Below the pieces are notes generated by a model. It saw only the letters and a program-made list of their open reading frames with translations. It was not told the DNA's origin and did no database searches. The position numbers were made by a program, and so were the translations under genes. Positions 26,985-38,180 of a stretch of DNA of 64,000 bases are shown here, one piece after another (the stretch's first letter is position 1; every line of letters starts with the position of its first letter). This stretch comes from Eledone cirrhosa (Eukaryota), in contig OZ024741.1 in the NCBI GenBank assembly GCA_964016885.1, positions 97,092,001 to 97,156,000 of the forward strand, read 5' to 3'.

Positions 26985-27151
26985 ACACAAGGCCAGCAAT
27001 TATCTCAGTGCATTACAGGTACTTTATTTTATCGACACCATAAGGATAAAAGGCAAAGCTAACCTTGGTGGGAATAGAACTCAGACCGCAAAGGGACGTA
27101 ACTCTATGGAGGAAAGCATGGCGCCCGACCCTCTACCGATACTGCCAATCC
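26985..27151 (-). mobile_element. tRNA-derived SINE
   Basis: Matches 42194-42378. Confidence 0.85.
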
Positions 27152-27589
27152 AAATACTTCAAAGGCAAGTAATTTCGAAAATAGTTATAAATAAATATAT
27201 ATATAACGAAAATTATTATATATGTTGGAAGGGAGGTATCTCTTCCAAAACTAATATCATGTGTAAGGCAATGTATGGTAAAAAGTTAATTCAAAGAATA
27301 TATTCCTTGAAATTAATTTGCATGCCAAGAAATTTAGATTCTTTGAGTTAACTTAGCTCTTAGCACTTGCTCTTTCTACCAAACTTTCACCACACTACAC
27401 TTCGTTCAGAAATAGCTGTCGAAGCGGCTGGAGCTCAGCCGTCGGGGTCCTGACACTTTTCCAATATATATATATAAATATATGAAAAATGGCGTGCTGC
27501 GTGGTTTCACATGGGTTACATAAGAATAAAATTAGTCCTTCATCAGTGATCTTCCAACCTTCATTCGTATTTCATCGCTTTAAAGATCA

Positions 27590-28127
27590 TATACCTCTGG
27601 TTGGTGCGAGAAATAACTAAAGAAAGTTATTGGGACACGTAAAATAGGGTGAAACGAGCGAGACATGTAAACAAACGGAGATGGTAATGCAACGGAAAGA
27701 TAGGAAGAGAAGAGACAAGTCCATGATATCTATGAACTTAAGGTCGGTGAAATGATAGACGAGAGGTAAAGACCATCCGACCTGGGTGAGATGTGAGCGA
27801 GAAAAGGATTTCAGAAAGGTCAAACGGGAGGAAGTGAGAGAGGAGGAGAAGCAGAGAGTGAGTGAGTGAACGGCTGAGGAAGAGGCCAGCTGAGAGAGAG
27901 TGACTGACTATACCTCTAGTTGGTGTGAGCAATAGCTGAAAAAAAAGTTATTGACACACGTAAATTTGGGTGAAGCGAGCGAGACATGTAAACAAACGGA
28001 GATGGTAATGCAACGGAAAGATAGGTAGAGAAGAGACAAGTCCATGATATCTATGAACTTAAGCTCGGTGAAATCATAGACGAGAGGTAAAGACCATCCG
28101 ACCTGGGTGAGATGTGAACGAGAAAAG
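27590..28127. repeat. Direct repeat, ~215-bp copies with a 321-bp period
   Basis: 27590-27807 is repeated at 27910-28127. A partial CTGATGA..GAAAC motif lies just outside on the minus strand (27500-27548). Confidence 0.85.
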
Positions 28128-28394
28128 TATATGTGTGTGGTGAGGTGTTTGTTATTGTATGTATATATATACGTATATATATATATATATATATATTTTT
28201 AGTGGCTCACCACTGTATAGATCTGGTCGTACCGTTTAGCAAACCGTAACAGATGATGTCACCAGGAACTTACGTCACCAAACCATTGAAATATATATAC
28301 TGTTTTTGAAACAGTATCACTTTAAAGGGTCACCAACAGTTCGGTCGCCTGGTGTTTTAATCAAAACCATATATATATATATATATATATATAT

Positions 28395-28660
<266 letters not shown>

Positions 28661-30775
28661 AGTAGAAGTGGTATTTAATTTGTTGGAACTCCGACAAACA
28701 TAAATGTTTATAATTGATTTAGAGCACTCATCAGATTACTGGAGTAAATATTCAATGATATTCAATAAATGGAAACTATATTTATAAAACCATATTTATT
28801 TTATTATATATATTTCAAGGGTACCAAGACAACATTGGTACGCTTTCATCAGATAAAATACAAAGTTTATTTTATAAATAGGGACATACCCATAAAAAAC
28901 ATACCTTATCGGTTGGAAATTTACTGGATAGTGGAAATATATTAGGGATTATTCAAACTTATGTGTGAAAATGCAAATGAATATGTAAATAATTGAAAAA
29001 CAACCGTTTATTTAAATGACACTGGAGAAAGAGAGAGTGAAAAAATACAAGGAGATAAAGATTAAAAATATTACGAGAGAGATAGAGAGAAGAAATAAAC
29101 AAGAGGATGAATAAAACTCATATAACGTAAATTTGAGGGAAATATATTCTAAGTATATATCTTAATAATACGTATATTTACCATTATTATTTGTTTAAAA
29201 TTCGTTTCTAATATATTTTCTGTTATAAGTAGATAAATAAATAAATAAATAAATAAATTGATAAATAGATAATTAAATAAATAAAAATATAGATAAATAG
29301 ATAAATAAATGAATAGATGGGTATATCATGTTATAGATAATTGTTTTAATGAGTTATGAGGGATATTGTTTATGTATTTAATGTTAGTAAATATTAAGTT
29401 AAATTAAATTAACTGAGTTGATAAGAATATTTATATTTATCTATTTTAAAATGGGAAGATACGGAAAAATTCCCGTTTAGTTTATTTATTCGTTAGTATG
29501 AAACTATTTGGTCGAAATAAGTGTAAATGTTGAAAGATATATTTAGCCAGAATCAGTTAGTGGTTATAAATCTAATAAAAAATATTGAAAAAATATAAAA
29601 AATTTGAGAGAATTTAAAAAAAACAATAATTTATAAGAGATAAGTAATTTTTAAAAGAGATAAAACAATTAAAGAAATAAAAAATAAAGAATTAAAATTA
29701 TTAAGATTAAAATTATAATTAAAATTTAAATTTAAATTTAAAAAAAATTTAGAATATGTATATATATTTTATGAACCTTTAATAAGTGAAATTATAGCAA
29801 ATGTTATAGATATGATTTAGAGAATCAATATATTAAAACCAAGTGGATAAGATTGTTATGGAAATAAGTAGAAATATTTAAGTGTAATTATAATTTTTAT
29901 ATAGTTCTAAACGTTGAATTCAAGCGATGACTACAATAATTAAATAAATTCGTTCTTAGATTAAGAGAGTTCTTACATTTAAATGTGAAAAAAATTTCCT
30001 CAAAATACAATTTGCAGAATCTAGATGAAGCTGTGTTTCGGTACGCGGGTGCTTTCTGAAATTATTTCCCAAGTTAATGAATAGTCCATATTCTTGCATT
30101 TTAAGTTCCATATCAAGTCAGAGCATTTGTGATTATTCCAGCGACTTTTAAATTCTGTAGAAGTTGCACCTACATAGTTAAATATATTATCACTGGTTTT
30201 GACTGTACATTTATAGACCACGTCCTTATCTAAACACTTATTTTGTAAAGGACAGTTTAATTTAATTCTACAGTTACATTTTGTGGAATTGTTGTTATTC
30301 AGAACGGTATTATTATGTTGGATATTGCTATAGATATTACTGCTATGTTTGTTATTTTGGTTAGGGTTTAAATTTTTATTATTGATTCTATTTATATTTT
30401 GTGCTATGTTCATAGTAGTAGAGTAGGATCATTTTATAGTATGTCTGTTAAAGATTGAGTGGTATCTGTGTGCTTTAGGAAAATATTTATCTAGAGCTTT
30501 AAAGAATAGCTTTGCTAAAGGTGTTTTAAAGCTTAATGAGAATGGATGTGAGTACCAAATAATATTTCTAGCTCTATTTTTTCTGTTAGTTTTAGAGTTT
30601 AAGTTAGAGTTTTTATTATAATTATAATTAATAGTAGGGTTATTTGCCTTATTACTGTTGTCGATGTATTTAATCTTATTTATATAGCCTGCTCTATTTA
30701 AAGCTTCATTATAATATTCTGCCTTATCGTCAAAAAATGTTTTAGTGAAATAGTTTTAGTGACTGTCCTTTTTAT
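28661..30775 (-). mobile_element. Degenerate 5'-truncated Naiad-type PLE (RT C-terminus, linker and GIY-YIG at 29890-30775; long AT-rich 3' UTR)
   Basis: AEYYNEALNRAGY..RARNIIWYSHPFS..YFPKAHRYHSIFN..CNCRIKLNCPLQNKCL..VVYKC..YVGATSTEFKSRWNNH, with stops and deletions. Confidence 0.9.
28797..28860 (-). ncRNA. Type I hammerhead ribozyme in the PLE 3' UTR
   Basis: Reverse complement: TATTTTAT-CTGATGA-AAGcGTACCAA tgttgtc TTGGTACcCTT-GAAA-TATATA-TA-ATAAAATA. Confidence 0.88.
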
Positions 30776-31511
30776 GAAGTTTGAATCTATAAATAATTTG
30801 AAAATATAAATGATACTTAATTTGAGCCCTTTGTTCAATTTCGTTAATAGATTCACAGATTGACTCGTTAAAATTGATGTGGTTTCGTTAAGGTAACTCA
30901 TACATAGTCGCTCGACGAATTACGTATAACAGAGCGATCACACACAAACATTGCATAAACTATATTATAGTCTTAGATACATTGCATATGAAACATAATA
31001 ATCAGTGTTCATAATATGATAAAGATAGTTCTATTTAACCAGGTTTCGCAAAGAGTTAAAGATTAAAATGACGTAAAAAACACAGCTTCTACAATGTTGC
31101 GCAGCATGATAGAAATAACTAGAATATCCCTATTATAGCACCACCTACAGATATACAAACAGGAAGGAGAGATTGCATTATGAATTTCTAGATACTCAAT
31201 GTCTGAAAAAATGTGTGGTCACGGTTCAACAAACAATGTCATCTGTTCAGAAAAGAATTATGTTATTTTGGTTTTGTTATCAATATAATAACACTACAGT
31301 AGATAAGGTGTTTGTGAATTTTAGATTTTTAAGAGCGTATTTATATAAAGTCTATTTAGAAAAGATGAGTTGCGCAGCTGTTTTCTTTGCCCTTTTTATC
31401 CGGTAATCTATATTTCTATATCCATCTCTATTTCTTTCTCTCCTCCTCTATTTCTTTCCTATACACCTTCATTTCTTTCTTTTCCTCTCTCTTTCTGAAT
31501 ATATATATATA

Positions 31512-31629
<118 letters not shown>

Positions 31630-32517
31630 TGTATGCGTCTGTGTGAGTGTGGTTGTATGCTCGTGCATGTATATATGTGTATGTGTGTGTATATCTAAGA
31701 ATATTGTGAGAGGAAAAAATAAAGAACGAGGGTTGTTTCTCTGTTCTGTCATCTTGAAAAAAAATCATTTTTTATTTTTTGTTCTTACCAATATTGCAAC
31801 AACATTTTCTGTTTATATTTAATACACAAGCAATCTTATAGATGCATTAAACCTATGCAGTATAATACCGAATCGAACAAAAGGGTTAAAATGCTTTCCT
31901 TGTATTTCCTTGTATTCTGGACAGAATCCTCATTGAAGTCCACTACAATTCGCAATCTCCATAAAATCGTATACCATATTGATGACGTGCAAACAAACTT
32001 CGTCAGACTACGAAAATATTAGTACCTATTTATCGTGAAACTGTGATTATTGGTTTAAACATTGTTGCATTGGGGACATAGGAAAAAGTGATGATATATC
32101 TTAGCTTTTTTATTACTATCTACATTAACATTTCATATTTTAGCAACTTTTAAAAAGAAATCAGGAGAAGAAATATTTACGTTTAAAGATTAGGAAGCGA
32201 AGCGAAGCCATATAATTGTGTAAACACTTGAGTCACAAAAATATTCTTAGAATATTACGATCTGCTTATTTGAATTAATGTAGCATTAAGATAAAATAAA
32301 TGAACGCTTCATTCTAGTATATCTTTGGGGTCTTGTAAATTGATTGGTGATATTAAACTTTGTTTCCTAAGTCCGATTTGATGAAATTTCGATCGACTGT
32401 CTATATATATAAATATAGACAGTCGATCGAAATAGTCACTATCCGGGAGCTTCCAACAGAAACGTTCGCATTCTTTAAGGGTATGTCAATATTTATTTAT
32501 AAAACTGATCTTTATTA

Positions 32518-32582
32518 TATTTTATCTGATGAAAACACACCATAATTTAACTTGGTGTCCTTGAAATATGTATAATAAAATA
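32518..32582 (+). ncRNA. Type I hammerhead ribozyme; solo 3' end related to the 28.8-kb PLE
   Basis: TATTTTAT-CTGATGA-aaacACACCA..TGGTGTcctt-GAAA-TATGTA-TA-ATAAAATA. Downstream AATATGGTTTTATAAATATAGTTTCCATT is shared with the 28.8-kb copy. Confidence 0.85.
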
Positions 32583-32644
32583 AATATGGTTTTATAAATA
32601 TAGTTTCCATTTGTTAATATATCGTATATATATATATATATATA

Positions 32645-32812
32645 TTTATTAAAATAACAGATTAAAGTTTAAGCAAAGAATCGGTGCTTTCACACTTAAC
32701 GGGATCTTCTGAAACTAACAAAGTCAATCTGTGAACACAGAAGTGAATATTTCAAAAAACGTTGCAACCGGAGGAAGACAGGAAGACGTTTCAAATTTAT
32801 TATTATTACTAT
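32645..32812 (-). mobile_element. Family A fragment with a U4A HHR motif at 32666-32716
   Basis: Matches 9234-9299 and 49498-49632. Confidence 0.8.
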
Positions 32813-33089
32813 ATATATATATATATATATAGTATAAAAGAGAAAACACAGGTAAGCATTAAGAGAAGGATTTTATCCAGTTATTTACGACCGTTCCATT
32901 GGTAAGTGCAACCTTATATATATATATAGTTGTTATATAGTAAGGTGTAATATTGGTTCTGTAAAACTATCCAATAAATTTATGTTAGCAATATTAAGTT
33001 CTCCACGCTTTTGTATATCTCCAATTCCATTCAAGGGAACTGCTAGATGATGTAAAACTGAGTATAAGTATCAAAATTAAAATCAGAAG

Positions 33090-34161
33090 GCAAGGTAAAA
33101 TTCCAATCATTTAATCACGACACATGTTTCAATAAGAGATAGATCGATCGTGAAGCCATGATCGATTATCACTAATCTCATCAGGTGAAAATGAATTGTC
33201 TTCAAATTCTTGATATGAGGGAGAAAATTAGCGATGTTCACTCACAGAGTTTATTCCCTCATATGAAGATCCAGCAGTCAGAAATACGGCGACTGCTATC
33301 AACTTCAGTTGAGGTCATAAAAGTTGTCAGATTTCTATCGCTGCAAAAGACGCTGGACATCAATCAAATCTGTAGAGATATAGTCGGTCACATTTAATGT
33401 GAATGGGTACACACATACACCACACACACATACACCGGCTCGATGTCAAAGAAAAAATATATACATATATATACACACATCAACACGGATGTTACAATTC
33501 AATCTATACACGTATAGCAGAACACTGAACTGAACTTACTTGCTTGTGTGTGTGTGTGTGTATGGGGCTGTGGTTAACCCAATATTTGCAAGTTACATCG
33601 TCAAATTGAGATTTGACCAATGTAGCAACTGTTGTTTTGTGAACTAACTTTCGGTGAATGCTGTGTTGGTATATTCTTATAGTTGTTGTTTTTTTCTCTG
33701 ACATCGCTTCGGTGTGTGTGAGAGTGTATGTGTACCCACCCACACTAACTGTGACCTTCTATAGTTCTACAGGTTTGATACTGTGTTGATGTGTGTATTT
33801 ATATGTATATATTTCTTTCTTTGACATCGAGCCGGTGTATGTGTGTGTGGTGTATGTGTGTACCCACTCACATTAACTGTGACCGACTATATCTCTACAG
33901 ATTTGATTGATGTCCAGCGTCTTTTGTAGCGATAGAAATCTGACAACTTTTATGACCTCAACTGAAGTTGATAGCAGTCGCCGTATTTCTGACTGCTGGA
34001 TCTTCATATGAGGGAATAAACTCTGTGAGTGAACATCGCTAATTTTCTCCCTCATATCAAGAATTTGAAGACAATTCATTTTCACCTGATGAGATCAGTA
34101 CTAATCGATGATGGCTTCACGATCGATCTATCTATTATTGAAACACTGGAATTTTACCTTG
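33090..34161. mobile_element. Non-coding element with inverted arms (~33125-33485 and ~33783-34146)
   Basis: Near-identical 70-aa spurious ORFs at 33185(+) and 34085(-) reflect the inversion. An HHR sits at the outer end. Confidence 0.88.
33115..33188 (-). ncRNA. Type I hammerhead ribozyme, canonical core; partner at 34082-34146 lacks the cleavage strand
   Basis: Reverse complement: TCAC-CTGATGA-long stem II with ATCGATC..GATCGAT-GAAA-CATGTG-TC-GTGA. Confidence 0.75.
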
Positions 34162-34204
34162 TATTGAAGTATTGAAGTTTCCGTTGGAAACTTCAATACT
34201 TCAA

Positions 34205-34420
34205 TAAGTATAATAATAAATTTGAAGATTAAAATCGAAAGAGGGCTCGATAAGGATAAATATATATCAAATATATAAGAACCGTAGAGCTAATTTTTAT
34301 TAAAATAACAGATTAAAGTTTAAGCAAAGAATCGCTGCTTTCACCCTTAGCGGGAGTTTCAGAAGATCCCGTTAAAGGTGAATGCAGCGATTATTTGCTT
34401 AAACTTTAATCTGTTATTTT
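34205..34420. mobile_element. Family A fold-back element
   Basis: Same architecture as 9150-9368, with the inversion point shifted by a few bases. Confidence 0.85.
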
Positions 34421-34502
34421 TATATATATATACGAATTATTATTATTTTTATATGAGTCCCCAGTGTCCGCGCATTGCCTGGAAACTTGGCTGAGAATAG
34501 AC

Positions 34503-34582
34503 CTCCCTGATGACGCAATGAAATTCTCAACAGTTCATTACATAACTGTCCCTATCCCATTGCAGAAACTAATTAGTTGGAG
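34503..34582 (+). ncRNA. Type I hammerhead ribozyme, canonical core
   Basis: CTCC-CTGATGA-cGCAATG..CATTGCa-GAAA-CTAATTAG-TT-GGAG. Confidence 0.88.
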
Positions 34583-35053
34583 TGAAAATCTAAGTAAGTA
34601 AGTTAATTTTTTAAAGTTTTTTTAAAAATTTACTTATTTTACGTCTTTTATATTATTGTTCTGCATCCTCCTGCATTGAACCACCTAGGTACTATGACAT
34701 AACCTGTGTATTTGCTGGCATTAGCGTACATCTGTGCGCTTATGTTAGTAGATATATTAAATTATCTATAGTTATCTCCAAATCACTGATTTGTCGAGCA
34801 AACCTGCCAAAACCACTACTAAATTTTTTTTGGGGTGTTAGTAGGCGTCTGTCATCTTACCATCCCATTCCTACCGACTAGCATCAGTGTCACGTGATTG
34901 AATCTTTAGAATCGGCCATTTGACCAGTGGCAGCGAGAATTTTCAGTGCTTGGAATCCAGTCCCCGATAGCTGTTCCATTTACCGAATTATTATTATTTT
35001 TATATGAGTCCCCAGTGTCCGCGCATTGCCTGGAGACTTGGCTGAGAATAGAC

Positions 35054-35133
35054 CTCCCTGATGACGCAATGAAATTCTCAACAGTTCATTACGTAACTGT
35101 CTTTATCCCATTGCAGAAACTAATTAGTTGGAG
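35054..35133 (+). ncRNA. Type I hammerhead ribozyme, second copy
   Basis: Core and stems are identical to 34503-34582. The differences fall only inside the stem II insert. Confidence 0.88.
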
Positions 35134-35194
35134 TGAAAATCTAAGTAAGTAAGTTAATTTTTAAAACATTTTTTTTTAATTTTCTTATTTTACG

Positions 35195-35241
<47 letters not shown>

Positions 35242-35244
<3 letters not shown>

Positions 35245-35942
35245 CTCTTTTACCTATTCCAGCCATCCGGCTGAGGCCACGCTGGGGCACCGTCCTTTTT
35301 GCTACACATTTTATCTCCAGCCTGTATTGGTTGGCCACTGGTGTAAGAGTGAGTTTGTTTCTGCTGCCCTTAGGTTTCCCTGGTGCCTTGCTGTCGGCTC
35401 ACCTAGGATTGTGAATAGCAAGGTGTCGAGATGTTTTTTGAAGACATCTAACTCCACACAATGCAGATCTCTCAGATCCTTCGGCAGCTTGTTGAAGAGT
35501 TCAGGGCCCTTGAATCCCAGGCTATTGCAATATCTGCACCTTATTCTAGATGTGGAAGACGGGACCTTTGGCACCACAATGTGACGTCCTGTTCGACAGT
35601 TGGTCCAGCTCCCAATGCCAAAGTTAGGTGCTAGTTCCTCCAGGATTTTCAACATGTAGATCACTGCGTATCTCTCCCGTCTTCGTTCCAATGAGTAGAG
35701 GTTCAGTTCTTTTAGCCTCTCCCAGTAGCTTATCTCCTTGATCGTGGCAATCCTCTTGGTGTAGCTTCGCTGGATTGCCTCAAGCTCCGTGGTAGTTTGA
35801 CACTATGGGGTGACCACAACTCGGAGCAATAGTCCAGGCGGCTTAGGAAAAATGTCCTCCATAGTGTCAACATGGTGTCTATCTTTCTTGTCCGGAAAGT
35901 CCTCAATATCCAGCCAGCGAGTCGTCTGCACATTGTTGCCAC
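35242..35942 (-). mobile_element. 5'-truncated CR1-group LINE (ORF2 C-terminus with a frameshift, plus 3' UTR)
   Basis: GWILRTF..MLTLWRTFFLSRLDYCSELWSP..LEAIQRSYTK..YWERLKELNLYSLERRRERY..FNKLP..FKKHLD. Bounded by TA tracts. Confidence 0.85.
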
Positions 35943-36185
35943 TATTATATATATATATATATAATCATATATATGTCTGATGGTTGCTAAGTGGCTTCCA
36001 TAGGCGGTATGCCGGTTCAGCGCTGTCTCTATATATATAAATGGTAGTAGCACTAAGACAGCACTTGCAATAATAAGGGTATTTAGGAAAGCACATGCTA
36101 TATATTCTGTATAGAAAACATATGGGTGTCTCCCTATTAAAGAATAAATTGTTTGTTCCTTTTCATCACAGTGGCGTTTGAGTAG

Positions 36186-36236
36186 ATGTCAGTGATAAGG
36201 TGGTTTAATGGATCGTGAAACAGCGCAGTCTGATAT
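36186..36236 (+). ncRNA. Degenerate hammerhead-like motif (core GTGATAA)
   Basis: ATGTCA-GTGATAA-stem II-GAAA-CAGCGCAG-TC-TGATAT. A 6-bp stem I pairs, but the core has two changes. Confidence 0.4.
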
Positions 36237-36369
36237 TTTCGACTGTTACTGAGATATAGGTTCCCAGAACAAAAGTGAGAAACATATTTTTTCATAAATG
36301 GTATTTTTTATAGCGAGGGTCTCATTTATTCTCTATATCACCATATAGTATCTGATTTCAATACAACCC

Positions 36370-36410
<41 letters not shown>

Positions 36411-36486
36411 CTTCTTCTTCTTCTTCTTCTTCTTCTTCTTCTTCTTCTTCTTGCACATTACCGAATGCTAAATCTGGCACTGCCAC

Positions 36487-36605
36487 TCAGTTCAAATCCC
36501 GCCGAGGTTAACTTTGCCTTTCACCCTTACGGGGTCGATAAAATAAAGTACCAGTAATGCACTGGGTAATTGCTGGCCTTGTGCCAAACGTAGAAACAAT
36601 TATTG
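36487..36605 (+). mobile_element. tRNA-derived SINE, 5'-truncated
   Basis: B box GTTCAAATCCC plus the family body. Confidence 0.85.
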
Positions 36606-36624
36606 CACCAGCTCCTGCAGATTT

Positions 36625-36835
36625 TGCACTTAATTCAGCCTCCGACCTTCCGTTACTCGTGAATACGTCCCGTGATACCCGAACGTCTCCACCCGGTTCA
36701 ATGGGAATCTATTCAAATGTCGATCGCGCCGAGCAGGCTCCCTTGAGAGGATGAGTGTCTTTGGTCTTGCCGCATTGATTTTCATTCCATTCGTGCCGCA
36801 CTCGGCATCAAACCTATCAAGAGCAAGTTGGTTGA
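36625..36835 (-). pseudogene. RTE-clade reverse transcriptase fragment
   Basis: QLALDRFDAECGTNGMKINAARPKTLILSR..LNRVETFGYHG resembles RT domains 6-7 (GMKIN..KT...V..FKYLG). Confidence 0.7.
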
Positions 36836-37363
36836 TCTGAAAATTCGTGCCGACTGATTTTACAACTGCCAGTCGTTCATATGTTTCCATTGTTTTTGCT
36901 TTAAAATTCGTATTTCCAACATTCTTAAAGTAATGATAGTAATCGAATATATTTCTATCGCATCCTTGCCATTGCATGCATCCAATGATTACCCTGTTTC
37001 TACGTGCTTCGTTTAAACAGAAATTTCTTTACCAATGAGAAATCGTCACTGTATTGCCAGGTATGATAAAAATAACATTTCAAAATAGGCCATTCGATCA
37101 CATGGTACCAACTGCGTATTAGTAGATTATATATGAATATTAAACATGATTATTACACATGCAAAAACATTCTTCATTACTGCACGATCTCTGACGAACT
37201 GTAAATCAGGAAAAACAATATCGTCAACAAGAAAAAGAGAGAGTATATTATTTTTATCGCAAAACTACCAACCTTGATAACATGTCTCTCTAATGGCAGC
37301 TATAGAACCATCGCAATGATATATAAATACACATATCTTCACCAACATTTTAAAGACTAAAAT

Positions 37364-37406
37364 TATACTTTCAGGAATAGAGATAATTTAGTGGTTTCAA
37401 AAATTA

Positions 37407-37437
<31 letters not shown>

Positions 37438-37500
37438 GAATATATATATACATATATAATTTTTGAAACCACTAAATTACCTCTATTCCGGAAAGTATAT
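37364..37500. repeat. Inverted repeat (~50-bp arms) around (TA)n
   Basis: TATACTTTCAGGAATAGAGATAATTTAGTGGTTTCAAAAATTAT pairs with ATAATTTTTGAAACCACTAAATTACCTCTATTCCGGAAAGTATA. Confidence 0.88.
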
Positions 37501-37696
37501 ATATATATATATATATTCAGTTATTAGGAGTATTCCAAAGCTTGGTAGAACAAGTTGTGAGGAAAGTTCTCAACATACGTTAAGGTGACTCGACAGGTTG
37601 GTAGGGATTCTGTAGTGGAAACACGAACAAACGAGGAGTGTAATCAAAGAAGAGAAATAGGATGAAGGTAAACAATTACAAAAGAATTTAATCCAC

Positions 37697-37797
37697 GTAT
37701 TTACAATTGTTTCATCAGAATTTCACTCCATTATTGCTACACTATGTTGTAATAGGCAATCAAGAAAGATACTGTGGCATCCGAATTTTCAAAATAC
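37697..37797 (-). ncRNA. Type I hammerhead, C3U/G8A compensatory core (TTGAAAA)
   Basis: Reverse complement of 41177-41277. Confidence 0.78.
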
Positions 37798-37872
37798 AAA
37801 GTTGGAATGACCTTAGGAAATGAAATAAGGGGTAGTAGTGTAAGATAGAGGAACAGAGAGAGAGAGAGGGGC

Positions 37873-37927
<55 letters not shown>

Positions 37928-38180
37928 GATAGAGGAAGGGAGAGAAAGAGAAAGAGATAGTGTGGTGTGAGAGGATTTGTATAGGGGGGAGGAGGGATGT
38001 GTGCTACAAGTTGTGATGAGTAGAGGGAGAGAGAAGGAAGATAGAATTTTAAGAGGCATTTGGAAGTGGACAGGCGAAAGTCTTACCAGAGAACAGATGA
38101 AGGAAGAAAGTATTAAATTTCATATATAGTCTATTTTTAGGGGTGTAGAATTGTTATTTAGGGTAGAAAGATAGGTAGTA

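Larger units (their letters stand above)
34433..35202 (+). mobile_element. Retrozyme-like element: ~220-bp direct repeats (34433-34652, 34984-35202) each with an HHR, inserted in (TA)n
   Basis: The repeats are offset by 551 bp. The interior is non-coding and TA tracts flank both sides. Confidence 0.88.

Noticed and set aside
28688-28746. Second CTGATGA motif in the 28.7-kb PLE tail
   Set aside because: GAAA is absent and stem I is not adjacent to the core.
30429-30431. In-frame TGA in a Naiad-type PLE as possible selenocysteine (some Naiads are reported to encode selenoproteins)
   Set aside because: It lies at a Leu/Ile position (TIK*SYS versus TIRLTYF and NIKISFS), not a Cys, in a copy with other lesions. 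The Cys motifs in the other copies use normal codons. No SECIS was recognised, and a SECIS search was not run.
33185-34085. Duplicated 70-aa ORF pair; likewise the pairs at 42728/45029, 37760/40937 and 38188/40560
   Set aside because: By-products of inverted repeat arms, with no protein motifs.
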